In this document: piece after piece, positions 29,703-39,237 of the stretch | Layout of the letters: each line of letters starts with the position of its first letter | Position numbering within the stretch: the stretch's first letter is position 1 | Notes under the pieces: generated by a model | What the model saw: only the letters and a program-made list of their open reading frames with translations | Database searches by the model: none | Told to the model about the DNA's origin: nothing | Position numbers and translations under genes: made by a program | IMG/VR virus record: IMGVR_UViG_2061766007_000483 | Reading direction: 5' to 3' (one strand) | DNA from: an uncultured virus (IMG/VR IMGVR_UViG_2061766007_000483) | Taxonomy: Duplodnaviria > Heunggongvirae > Uroviricota > Caudoviricetes | DNA length: 63,748 nt

Positions 29703-30823
29703 TAGATTTTACGTTCAAGCAATTCACCGATTTCGGTGTCATACACAACATAGTATTGGCAGGGTTCCTCATAGGAGAACCCGTTGGTCATAGCAAATGC
29801 GTTGAACCCGATGATGCTCCCGTTCACTGCGGCGTTCGTGATGGAGGTGCAGCAATGGAAGTGTCCGAGAAAGATTCTGTCCTGATGGAAAGTGTTGCTC
29901 CACTTCAAACTCAATCGGTTAAGGGCGGGATAGATTCCGCAGACCGTTCCGCTTCCACTCCCCTTGATTTGGAACCCGTGACAGAAGATAAACCTCCTGT
30001 TGTCTTCCGTGTCAACGATAGCGAGTTCGCTGTCGGGGATGTTGAACTCAATCGGAAGTTTGGCGATTTTGCACTGTTGCGCAATGTTCTTGTACATCAA
30101 CCACTCATAGGAGAGTTTGTACCCATTGGCGTGCTGTATCTTCTTTGTCGTGCGTGAATGGTTGCCGACAATCCCGATGAACTGAACCTGTTTCAGTTTG
30201 GTGTTGGTGCAAAGATAATGCAATCCACTGTAAATCAGGTTTTGTGCGAGCAGTGTCGCCTCCATCGGGGTCAGTCCATTTGACTGCGCGAGTTCCTCGT
30301 GGATGTAACCTGAAATGGTGTCGCCCAGACTTGCGAAGATGAGACTTTCAACTTCGTCCTTGTTGATACAGGAGGCGAGGTTCGTGAAATAGTTCTCAAT
30401 TCTTTGTTTTGCGATGTCAATGTTGTACTCATTCTTGCCGAGTACGGAGGATGCCGTTACCGTTTCCTCAATGTGCGCGTCTGAAAAGAGCGCGATTGCA
30501 TACTTGTTTCCCTCTTTCTTTTTCTTGAACTTGAAGTCGTATTTCTCAAACGGGAGGGACTCCACGTCCTTGAACTTCTTGAAGTTCTCATATTCGGGGT
30601 CTTGCTCAACTCCCTGAACATTGTCCTGATTCGGCATAGGGTTGCTGAACGTGTAGGTCACGCCTTTCCATTTGAAGTATCCGTTCTGTTTCAGACTCTT
30701 TGTTGCGGTTGAACGGGCGCAATGCGTGTTTTTGGCAAGTTGGCGTATGCTCTCATATTTTGAACCGTCGTTCCCGACAATCCCCGACGACACGCCCGTC
30801 TTGATGTTAAAAATGTTGTTCAT
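29693..30823 (-). CDS. Calcineurin-like metallophosphoesterase with N-terminal HTH-like segment
   Basis: SDAH, LGD, VGNH, CHG, GHFH. Confidence 0.85.
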   Translation of the reverse strand: MNNIFNIKTGVSSGIVGNDGSKYESIRQLAKNTHCARSTATKSLKQNGYFKWKGVTYTFSNPMPNQDNVQGVEQDPEYENFKKFKDVESLPFEKYDFKFKKKKEGNKYAIALFSDAHIEETVTASSVLGKNEYNIDIAKQRIENYFTNLASCINKDEVESLIFASLGDTISGYIHEELAQSNGLTPMEATLLAQNLIYSGLHYLCTNTKLKQVQFIGIVGNHSRTTKKIQHANGYKLSYEWLMYKNIAQQCKIAKLPIEFNIPDSELAIVDTEDNRRFIFCHGFQIKGSGSGTVCGIYPALNRLSLKWSNTFHQDRIFLGHFHCCTSITNAAVNGSIIGFNAFAMTNGFSYEEPCQYYVVYDTEIGELLERKIYCK

Positions 30824-30901
30824 ATCAAATAATTTATTTTCAATTTAATATAACAAAAACTTCCTCAAAAATTATGATACATCATTGATATATCTCATTT
30901 T

Positions 30902-31654
30902 TCAGAAAAGTTTTTTTGTCGCTTCATCAATTCGTTGTTTCGCTATCTCAAAATATTTTTTCTCAATCTCAATGCCTATAAATTTCCTATCAGTATTCAC
31001 GCAGGCGACACCCGTGCTGCCGCTGCCCATTGTGTTGTCAAGCACAATATCTCCCTCATTCGTATATGTCCTGATGAGGCATTCAAGGAGGTCAACGGGT
31101 TTCTGCGTGGGGTGAACCGCCTTGCTCGGATGAGGTTTCTGATATGTCAGTATGCTTGTCGGGTATTTCATATCATCACTCGTATCGCATTCCATAGGTT
31201 TGTATTCACCATAGTTGTTGTTTGTAAGTACTTTTTTGAACAATGCGGTTCCTTTGCTGTGGTTAGGTTCACCTTTTATTTTCTGCGGGTTGTATGTCGG
31301 TTTGCTTCTGTAAAACACGGCAATCTGCTCGTGAACTCTCAATGGCATAATCTTTGCGTTAAGGAAACCGCTTTTCAGTTTCTTGTCCCATACGATGTCA
31401 TAACGGAAGTTTTCCCTGTTGGAGTTAACCAAATCAACATAGAACAGACCCTGCGCAAAAAGGACTATCGCCGCCGATTCCTTCGCAATCCTGTTGTAAT
31501 GCGCCCACAGTTCATCAAACGGAATGGTCGCATCCCATTTGTTGTGCGTGGTTCCATACGGCAAATCGCAAAGAACCATATCAACACTCCCGTCAGGTAT
31601 CTGATTCATCACCTCAAGGCAATCTCCGTTATACAACTTGCACTCGCTCATCAA
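30902..31654 (-). CDS. N4/N6 DNA methyltransferase (beta class)
   Basis: CDLPYG, HPTQKP, DNTMGSGST. Confidence 0.93.
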   Translation of the reverse strand: MMSECKLYNGDCLEVMNQIPDGSVDMVLCDLPYGTTHNKWDATIPFDELWAHYNRIAKESAAIVLFAQGLFYVDLVNSNRENFRYDIVWDKKLKSGFLNAKIMPLRVHEQIAVFYRSKPTYNPQKIKGEPNHSKGTALFKKVLTNNNYGEYKPMECDTSDDMKYPTSILTYQKPHPSKAVHPTQKPVDLLECLIRTYTNEGDIVLDNTMGSGSTGVACVNTDRKFIGIEIEKKYFEIAKQRIDEATKKLF

Positions 31655-32631
31655 AAAAGTCTTTTTTTCGCTTCGTCAATTCTATCATTTGCAACCATAT
31701 AGTATTTGCGGTCAAGTTCAATCCCTATGAAGTTCCTTCCCGTGTTCACGCAGGCGACTCCCGTAGAACCGCTGCCCATACAGTTGTCAAGGACAGTCTC
31801 ACCTTCGTTACTGTGCGTCCTTATCAGAAATTCAAGGAGCGGGACAGGTTTCTGCATCGGGTGATAACCCGTCTCTCTGTTGAACCGCAATACGCTCCTC
31901 GGATAACCTGTCTTTGTCTGCCTGTATTCATCACGCATTTTTTCCAAACCTATATGCTTCAGGCGTCCGCCTTTCCCTTTGTTTGAAAGGGTGACGTCTG
32001 TTTCCGACAGTTCCATATTGTATGTGACGGAACCGTTTTTCTCGGCAAGTATCTCGTCATACCTATCCTCTATGCCGAACGTCCCGCAGAGCAGTTTCCA
32101 CTGCTCCCTTGTCGGCAACTGCTTTCCGCTTATCTTGTTAGACAACCAACCTGTAGGGTTCCCGTTTTTAGACTTGACGAGCATACTTACTGAAGTGAAA
32201 GAAAGTCCGAGTCGTTCCATATTGTCCGTTATGATTTTTGAAAACCCCATAAACGGAGGAATTGAATAGAATACGGAAACAGTTTCGTGTACTTTCATCG
32301 GTTGCTTGTTCACAAGTTGAAAATTTCCGCAGTTGTTCTTTTCCCACACCCAATCGTATTTGTACATAGACGGGTTGCTCAACCTCAACGAAGAGGCGAA
32401 CGGTTCGCTGCCGAAAAGCAGAACTGTCCCGTAGGGTTTCAAAACCCTTCTGTAATGCTCCCATAGTATGTCGAGTGGAATGCTTTTGTCCCATTTGCAG
32501 GCGGTCGTACCGTATGGCAAATCGCACAGCACAAGGTCTATGCTGTTGTCTGGTATCTCGTTCATAACTTCAAGGCAGTCCCCATTGTAAAGTATCGTTT
32601 CGCTCATAATTCCATCGCTATGTTTTGTCAA
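31651..32631 (-). CDS. N4/N6 DNA methyltransferase with inserted HTH-like domain
   Basis: CDLPYG, HPMQKP, DNCMGSGST; about 70 aa longer than its paralogs. Confidence 0.92.
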   Translation of the reverse strand: MTKHSDGIMSETILYNGDCLEVMNEIPDNSIDLVLCDLPYGTTACKWDKSIPLDILWEHYRRVLKPYGTVLLFGSEPFASSLRLSNPSMYKYDWVWEKNNCGNFQLVNKQPMKVHETVSVFYSIPPFMGFSKIITDNMERLGLSFTSVSMLVKSKNGNPTGWLSNKISGKQLPTREQWKLLCGTFGIEDRYDEILAEKNGSVTYNMELSETDVTLSNKGKGGRLKHIGLEKMRDEYRQTKTGYPRSVLRFNRETGYHPMQKPVPLLEFLIRTHSNEGETVLDNCMGSGSTGVACVNTGRNFIGIELDRKYYMVANDRIDEAKKRLF

Positions 32632-33404
32632 AAAAGTTTCTTTGTTGCATTGTTTGTTCTTTCCTCTTTTTTTGCATTGTTTATTCTTTCCTCCGCTATT
32701 TTGAAGTATTTCTCTTCAAGTTCAATTCCAATGAAGTTGCGGTTCAGGTTCACACAGGCGACACCAGTGGAACCACTGCCCATACAGTTGTCCAACACAG
32801 TATATCCTTCTTTGGTATAGGTCTTGATTAGGTATTCAAGCAAGGCAACGGGTTTCTGCGTCGGATGGAATTTCTCGGTGTCTTTGTCAAACCGCAGCAA
32901 CTGTTTCGGATACCCAGTCTGTGTTTGCACAAACGACTGCGGTTTCCTATTGGGTCTGAATGAAACCGCACAAGGTCTGTCAACAATTTCCTTATAACAA
33001 TCAAGTAGTCCTTGTGGGTAGTAATTCATCTTCAACTTGGCGTTCGGCGCGATTTTTCCTTCACTGAACACGCTTATCGTTTCTATATTTTTCAATGGCA
33101 TATAAGGTGCTTGTGGGAAATTCGCAAAAGTATTTTTATGCCAATACCAATCATATTTGTACCAATCTACATTGGACATTCTGATGTATGACGCGAACGG
33201 TTCGTTTCCAAACAGAAGAACGGAACCCCCGTCTCTCAATACTTTTTTATAGAACTCCCACAATTTTTCCATCGGAATTTGCACATCCCATTTGCTTTCT
33301 ATGTATCCGTATGGCAAATCACACAGCACAAGGTCAATGCTCTTGTCGGGTATGTCCTTCATCACTTCAAGGCAGTCCCCATTATAGAGTGTGTTCGTTG
33401 TCAT
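32628..33404 (-). CDS. N4/N6 DNA methyltransferase
   Basis: CDLPYG, HPTQKP, DNCMGSGST; start MTTNTLY. Confidence 0.92.
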   Translation of the reverse strand: MTTNTLYNGDCLEVMKDIPDKSIDLVLCDLPYGYIESKWDVQIPMEKLWEFYKKVLRDGGSVLLFGNEPFASYIRMSNVDWYKYDWYWHKNTFANFPQAPYMPLKNIETISVFSEGKIAPNAKLKMNYYPQGLLDCYKEIVDRPCAVSFRPNRKPQSFVQTQTGYPKQLLRFDKDTEKFHPTQKPVALLEYLIKTYTKEGYTVLDNCMGSGSTGVACVNLNRNFIGIELEEKYFKIAEERINNAKKEERTNNATKKLF

Positions 33405-33411
33405 AGCAAAA

Positions 33412-33864
33412 TCAGAAATTACCTGTTGAACCAACGCCTCCCCTGTCCTTGTTTCCGAAGGAGTACACTTTCTCCATAGAAACACCACGGGAAAACAACC
33501 ATTTGATTTTCTGCCATACACTTGCGTGCTGCGTAAGTTGTATCCTGAACTGCATCACCCTCGCACCTGCGGGAATGAAGGAGTCCGTTGTTGGATAAAA
33601 AAGGCATTTCCATTCATCACCATCCCCGCAATATGAGCAATCAATCACGCCCATACCATTCACAAGAAGCACCTTGTACTTGCTGAATGTAGATGAGCGT
33701 GGGAGCAGGTGCGCCTCATATCCTTTCGGAAGTTCAACGCAGATTCCGAGCGGTATCATAACATACTCGCCTTTTTTCAACATCACATCCTCTGGCACCA
33801 CCACATCAAACCAATCTCCACCTTCTATTCTTTTTATGCCCGCATTGTGATGGCAGGTGCGGTA
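33412..33864 (-). CDS. dut: Trimeric dUTPase (5' end lost in gap)
   Basis: GDWFD, PRSS, GVIDCSYCG, RVMQ, RGGVGSTG. Confidence 0.9.
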   Translation of the reverse strand, partial: YRTCHHNAGIKRIEGGDWFDVVVPEDVMLKKGEYVMIPLGICVELPKGYEAHLLPRSSTFSKYKVLLVNGMGVIDCSYCGDGDEWKCLFYPTTDSFIPAGARVMQFRIQLTQHASVWQKIKWLFSRGVSMEKVYSFGNKDRGGVGSTGNF

Positions 33865-33906
33865 NNNNNNNNNNNNNNNNNNNNNNNNNNNNNNNNNNNN
33901 NNNNNN

Positions 33907-34372
33907 TTATTTTGTTCGCGAACTGAATTATGCTGTCCGTACTTACATTGTTGAAGTGCATAGTCGCCCTTATGATTTCCGTTTCGGGGATTTGTTTCAA
34001 TGCTCCGAACACATTTTTCACATAGGACATTATTTTGTCATCACCCGACAGACATATCGGCACAACAGGCGTGTCGTACTTTTCCTCATTCAGGCGCGAA
34101 ACCATATAGTTGGCATATTCAAGAAGTCCATTTGAATACAGCATAGCATAATAGAGTTCCGCACTTACACGCCTGTTGAAGAATACGCCAATCGTACTGC
34201 AATAGAAACTGTCAGACCATTGTTTAGAATACAGGTTCAACTGATACTTGTATTCTGTGTCTATGCCTTCGTCCAATATGAAGCATCTTACAAAAATGGG
34301 ATTGCACTCACCGATTATGAGTGAGTTGCTGTCACACAAGGTTTCTTTCAGGACGGGTGAGTCGGTGAGCAT
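33907..34372 (-). CDS. Hypothetical protein (MLTDS tag variant; 3' end in gap)
   Basis: ORF runs into Ns. Confidence 0.55.
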
Positions 34373-34624
34373 TTATTTGAGGGAATTTAGAAGTTCGCAA
34401 AATTTCTTGAAATCATCGTTGCTCTCAAATTGGATTACGGCGTTTATGTTGTTCGCCTCCGAACAAATCTTTATCGTGTTCTTCCTGTCATAGCGGGTCT
34501 TCGCAGATTGGACGTGAATGACTGTCCCGTCACCGCTCTCATAGATGAAAGACTTGTTCACCTCATCATTGATGAACATCCCGTTGTTTGTCTCGTTCGG
34601 ACTCTTTCCTGTCAAATCGCTCAT
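34373..34624 (-). CDS. Hypothetical protein
   Basis: 83 aa. Confidence 0.55.
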   Translation of the reverse strand: MSDLTGKSPNETNNGMFINDEVNKSFIYESGDGTVIHVQSAKTRYDRKNTIKICSEANNINAVIQFESNDDFKKFCELLNSLK

Positions 34625-34635
34625 ATCTGTTTGTT

Positions 34636-35490
34636 TTACATATTTATATCAATCAGTTCCTTGCATAGTTTCTGTGCGTCAGGGTGTGCTGCGCTGTCAT
34701 TCCTCATTTTGATGAACCTGCTCCAACCCGTTCCTTCAACCCCCCACACTCCGCATTGGTATAGTTCGGTGGCAAGACAAAGCGGAAGCAGTTCCCTCGC
34801 CTCCTGTGGTTTCAGACCTCTGTTCCGCATAACCGTATAGACAGTCTCACTATGTTCAAGGTTCCGTTCAAACAGGTCGTCATTGTCCTTGTTGTTCCCA
34901 TACCAATAGGGTTTGACAAACTGCATATTGTTTTTTGTCTCATCCACATAACGGGTTGATTTCATAAGTGATGACAGGGTGATATGTGTCCTGAACTCAT
35001 CGGCGATTCCCCTTGAACACAACCAAGCGAACGTCTTGCGTTCAACGAAGCAGTCACTTATATCGGTGTCATTGAATGTGTTTCCGACAACCTCATAGTC
35101 TTTGAGGATTTTTAGTGAGTTTGCCATAACCTCATCAGCGGGCAGTTTGCCTTTTGCCAAAGCGCTGACAGACTCAACGACCACACGGAAGTTGGTCGTG
35201 ACACACACAACACTTTTTATTGTTTTAACAATGGAGAACTTGTTCTTCATTATCATATTGAACGCGATGCTCAAATATCCATAACTCCCGTCGGCAACAA
35301 GTTTGCAGGTTCCAAATTCAAGAGGTCTCAAATGCCCCCTTGCAATCATCTCCGTCACGAACTTTTTCGGGTCTTGGTGGGATGACTTCCTGTTGTAGCA
35401 GATGCCCGCGCAATAGTCAATGTGGGCGAGCATCCCGTCAATTCCGTCACCTTGTATGATTTCCCTTACACTTGAATCAATTAGTTGCAT
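34636..35490 (-). CDS. thyX: Flavin-dependent thymidylate synthase
   Basis: GHLRPLEF, SRGIADEFRTH, STRYV, EARELLP, AHPD. Confidence 0.88.
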   Translation of the reverse strand: MQLIDSSVREIIQGDGIDGMLAHIDYCAGICYNRKSSHQDPKKFVTEMIARGHLRPLEFGTCKLVADGSYGYLSIAFNMIMKNKFSIVKTIKSVVCVTTNFRVVVESVSALAKGKLPADEVMANSLKILKDYEVVGNTFNDTDISDCFVERKTFAWLCSRGIADEFRTHITLSSLMKSTRYVDETKNNMQFVKPYWYGNNKDNDDLFERNLEHSETVYTVMRNRGLKPQEARELLPLCLATELYQCGVWGVEGTGWSRFIKMRNDSAAHPDAQKLCKELIDINM

Positions 35491-35499
35491 AGTATGTTT

Positions 35500-36729
35500 T
35501 TATTGTGGTATTTCTGTTTGACTGTAAAACATATCATCAAAACTCTTGTTATTTCCGAGACCTCCGAGTGCGCTCGCATTCTCCTGTGCGGTTGACTGCG
35601 GGATGTTGCTGTATCTTGGGGTCGCGTCCGCAAGCGCCACCATTGATGACGCACCGTCTTTCATTATCATTCCCGTTTCCTCAATGCGCATTTTCCTGTA
35701 ATTGATGTTCATCTCAATTCGGTCGTTCTTGCCCATACCGTCACGGATTTTCAATATCTTCAACATATACCTCTGCTCGGTTCTCATATCAGGTGTCTGT
35801 ATGATACCATAGATTGTGTCGGCGGTGTAAATGAGACCCGCAGATTCAGCGATGCCGCTCATCGTTATATCTTCCGAGTCAAACGCGCCCCTGTTGGACT
35901 GTGTGGCGGTCACGATAAGGCATTCCTGTCTCACAGCGATTGCGCGCAAGTCCTCCGAAATCTGCTTGATTTTGTTATAGGTGTCCTCCGAGTTCATATT
36001 TCGGTAGTTCGCCATAATGTTGATGTAGTCAATCACGACCACATCAACCTTGAAACCCTCCACTTCCTGAATATGTTTGATGTAGTTCTCAACATCAATG
36101 GTCGTGCAGCAAGAGGTCGGATATTCCCTGATGAACATACGTCCCATCGGCAATATCTGTTTCTGCCTTATGTCGGAAATCTTTTTCGCCATACCGTCAA
36201 TGTCAACAGACTCCCTGTCATACATATCTATGTTGATGTCAAACATATTGGCGCCCATTCTCTTGATGACCTTCTTGGCGGACATCTCACAAGTGATGAA
36301 CAGGACGTTCTTTCCGCTCCGCACAAAGGAGACTGCATCGTTGCAGAGAAATATGCTGTTGTGACTCAAAAACCCATTTGTGTAGTATCGGTGGAAGTCA
36401 TCGTCAACTTCAATGTCATACATATTCTCAACATCTCCCGTGTTGGTGACTGACGACACAAGTTCAACACCGCTCTCGGTCTGTATGTAGTCGGGTCGTG
36501 AATCCTTGTTGAGGTCTTTTGCAAAAACCTCATCAAACTCCGTGTCAAAAAGTATATGGGTGTCAGCGCACCGCAGTGTCCTTCCATTTTCGGTTTTCAC
36601 CTCCCACACCTCGTAAGGCACAGTCATACCGATTGCCTTGATTGGTCTGTAACCGTTGTCGGTCTTTATCTCCCAATCACTGACATCAAACTTCTCAACA
36701 AATTTTCTATAAGGTTGGACTGCTTCCAT
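35500..36729 (-). CDS. C-terminal fragment of gp41/DnaB-like helicase fused behind a C-intein fragment
   Basis: aa 1-124 are HINT-like, ending YYTNGFLSHN/S; then SIFLCN, ITCEM, VVVIDY, TATQSNR, IAESAG, LKIRDG; no Walker A GK and no N-terminal domain. Confidence 0.92.
   Translation of the reverse strand: MEAVQPYRKFVEKFDVSDWEIKTDNGYRPIKAIGMTVPYEVWEVKTENGRTLRCADTHILFDTEFDEVFAKDLNKDSRPDYIQTESGVELVSSVTNTGDVENMYDIEVDDDFHRYYTNGFLSHNSIFLCNDAVSFVRSGKNVLFITCEMSAKKVIKRMGANMFDINIDMYDRESVDIDGMAKKISDIRQKQILPMGRMFIREYPTSCCTTIDVENYIKHIQEVEGFKVDVVVIDYINIMANYRNMNSEDTYNKIKQISEDLRAIAVRQECLIVTATQSNRGAFDSEDITMSGIAESAGLIYTADTIYGIIQTPDMRTEQRYMLKILKIRDGMGKNDRIEMNINYRKMRIEETGMIMKDGASSMVALADATPRYSNIPQSTAQENASALGGLGNNKSFDDMFYSQTEIPQ
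36358..36729 (-). other. Split intein C-fragment (atypical split, 124 aa)
   Basis: Block B CADTH, block F MYDIEV, block G SHN followed by Ser+1; block A absent. Confidence 0.88.
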
Positions 36730-36805
36730 AGTGTATTGTCTTATACACTAAAATAACAAAAAGATTGTGGTTTTTTATAAAGCGGTGACAAATTTTTACG
36801 AGAAA

Positions 36806-37357
36806 TCAAATCGCAAGTTTTATCTCAACTTCCTGCGCCCTGAACGTGCAGGAGAATGTTTTCATATCAATCGTGTTGCTTGAAAAGTTGAAGTCAACTC
36901 CATCAATGCTTGTGAACAGGACGTTCTTGAACTCTATTGAGAACACATCATATCCGTTCCCGTCCATCACACGGAGGTAGGGAACGCCAGGGATGAACTT
37001 GTCCTCGCTTGAAGAATAGTAGTAATGGAACAAGTCAAGCATAAGAAAGTAGTTCACATATCCGTCATAGAGCATATTGGTTATTGTGAACTCCTTTGAT
37101 GTCAGTCTTTCGGGTGAGAACGGGGAGCGGTAGATTCTCGTGTAGGGTGTCTTGCGGTCATACTGCTCAACCACGTCAAACTGCGTGTTCTGCAAGTTGA
37201 ACCCCTGAATGCCGTAGTTCACGAAGTCAATACAGCGTTCAAACATCCCGCCTGGTATCCTTGTCAGATAAGGCATATACCTCTCGTCAATCTCCTGCGG
37301 GATAAAGGTCTTTGAGAAAAAGAACTCAAATTGGTTGTTTCTTGCGGGTAGTAACAT
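36806..37357 (-). CDS. Tail tube/baseplate-hub-like structural protein
   Basis: Late promoter at 37396; IEFKNVLFTSIDG.DF...TFSCTF resembles the gp19/gp54 fold. Confidence 0.55.
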   Translation of the reverse strand: MLLPARNNQFEFFFSKTFIPQEIDERYMPYLTRIPGGMFERCIDFVNYGIQGFNLQNTQFDVVEQYDRKTPYTRIYRSPFSPERLTSKEFTITNMLYDGYVNYFLMLDLFHYYYSSSEDKFIPGVPYLRVMDGNGYDVFSIEFKNVLFTSIDGVDFNFSSNTIDMKTFSCTFRAQEVEIKLAI

Positions 37358-37398
37358 ATCTATCTATTTTCCAAAAATATGATATATCAATGATGTAT

Positions 37399-37578
37399 TT
37401 ATAATTTCGGCAGGAACCAACTCTCGCTCCAAGTGGTGTCCTGTGTCCACTGCTGCACGTCAGGAACCGAAACCGACGGAACTTCAAATGACACACAGAA
37501 CCATATAAGAACAATCGCAGCAAGCAACCACAGGACGACCATCTGTTTTGAAAATGCAATGTCAATCTCTTTCATCAT
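37399..37578 (-). CDS. 59-aa single-TM protein
   Basis: Manual translation MMKEIDIAFSKQMVVLWLLAAIVLIWFCVS...; coupled to the upstream stop. Confidence 0.5.
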   Translation of the reverse strand: MMKEIDIAFSKQMVVLWLLAAIVLIWFCVSFEVPSVSVPDVQQWTQDTTWSESWFLPKL

Positions 37579-38471
37579 TATTGGTGTTGAATGTTGAATA
37601 CGGGTCTTTGCGGATAGTCGGCGCTCACGTCAAATGCGTCAACCTCCTCAATGGTTTCCAATGCGTTCACCTGAACCTTGTGCTGTGCGGTGACATTGTA
37701 GCAATCTGTCGCATAGATTTCAAGGGCGGCGAGCATCTGTCTCGCCTCATCTATATTGAGTGTGATATAAAGACCGCTGAACCAAATGTTCACGTTCTCC
37801 CTTCCGACGATTACTGCGGAATTAAGGGTATTGACCAATCCCGTTCTTGTGTCCTTGTCCAACCACAGCAGTGTGTCGCCCAAGAAGAAACCGTTCACAT
37901 TCTCCGAGATGTCATACACGTCAATCTCACGGAGTTTGTTCCTCTTGTGCGCTTCAAGGGTGTCGTCCGTGCTGACAATCTGTTGGAAGTATGCGTTCGC
38001 GGATTCCACGATTGCATTTATTTCAGTTTCGGTCTCCGCCGCATCAATGAGCGGGATGCACTCCTTCACCTTGTCACGGCACAGTTTGCCGATACGCAGG
38101 AAGTCATCTGCGGTTTTGAGAACCTCATCGTCCGTATAGACGGAATCCTCCCTTGACGGTTTATAAACACTGCTTGCGATTGCATCGCAGAAACCGAGAA
38201 CATCAACCTTGCTTCCAAGTGTTGAGCGACTTGCCATCTCAACATTATTCTTCGCGTTCTCACGGAGAACGTCAATGGGAGGAACATAAGGAGGGTTCAA
38301 CTCACATCTCTCTATTTCTTGGATGCTTGCAGTTGGGTGTTCAAGGTAGAAGTCTATCTGTTCACTTGTCATCTCCCTGAAATTCCCGTTCAGTTCTGTG
38401 TCCACGGACTCGGTAAAGATGGAAATTGACCGAGGATGATTGTTTATTATTTTGAAATAGTAATAGTTCAT
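37578..38471 (-). CDS. DUF4376-like tail fibre-associated protein
   Basis: YDISENVNGF, WLDKDTR, LEIYATDCYNVTAQHK, YP; late promoter at 38480. Confidence 0.7.
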   Translation of the reverse strand: MNYYYFKIINNHPRSISIFTESVDTELNGNFREMTSEQIDFYLEHPTASIQEIERCELNPPYVPPIDVLRENAKNNVEMASRSTLGSKVDVLGFCDAIASSVYKPSREDSVYTDDEVLKTADDFLRIGKLCRDKVKECIPLIDAAETETEINAIVESANAYFQQIVSTDDTLEAHKRNKLREIDVYDISENVNGFFLGDTLLWLDKDTRTGLVNTLNSAVIVGRENVNIWFSGLYITLNIDEARQMLAALEIYATDCYNVTAQHKVQVNALETIEEVDAFDVSADYPQRPVFNIQHQ

Positions 38472-38565
38472 TTTATGTTTATTTATATATAAATNNNNNN
38501 NNNNNNNNNNNNNNNNNNNNNNNNNNGACGGCAAATAGATTGATGATGCAGATAATATGTTATCA

Positions 38566-39237
38566 TTATAGTTGAGCGACTTCGGATGGTGTCATTTCCC
38601 TGTTGTAGATTCTTGCATTGGATACATATATTGCGTATGCTGTGTTGTTGGAGTTAAGTTGGCACATTGTAACCACGTTCTGTGTGAACGGTATTATGGC
38701 ACTCCATTGTGAGGTATGTTTGAGGACACCATCGCAGTATCGTTTGAGAGTGAAGTTGCTTGTTCCTATTTTTGGTGAGCAGGTTAGCGCGTATCTGTGT
38801 AGTTGTGTGTCAAGTGAACTGTGAAAATATACGATGCTAATCCGTGCAGGGTTTTTGCCCTGGCTTTCGACCTGCACGCTTGGGGTACTCAACATTGCCG
38901 AATAGTGGTTGCCTGAATATGATTTTTCGGCAGCATCAATCACGAGGGTTACACCATCACCATCAGACATTCCGAGGTTCAGTGATGTGTAGCGCAATGC
39001 TGCTTTGTATGAACGGCTTGTTCCTGTTGTGGTGAGCAGGTACATATTTTTATTCGTATCAAACGATACAGTACAACCTGAATCTGTTGATGGAGATATT
39101 CGTGATATGTGGTCTGTCAGGTCACCATTTGTTAAAGGTGTCCAAAACACCAAGTCTTCACTGAACGGCGGTAACGGTTCGCCACCTAATATAAAATGTT
39201 CTCTTATTGGCATAATCCATAATTCTATTTTAAGCAT
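38566..39237 (-). CDS. LamG/concanavalin-like domain protein (putative receptor binding)
   Basis: [31 protein letters not shown]. Confidence 0.7.
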   Translation of the reverse strand: MLKIELWIMPIREHFILGGEPLPPFSEDLVFWTPLTNGDLTDHISRISPSTDSGCTVSFDTNKNMYLLTTTGTSRSYKAALRYTSLNLGMSDGDGVTLVIDAAEKSYSGNHYSAMLSTPSVQVESQGKNPARISIVYFHSSLDTQLHRYALTCSPKIGTSNFTLKRYCDGVLKHTSQWSAIIPFTQNVVTMCQLNSNNTAYAIYVSNARIYNREMTPSEVAQL

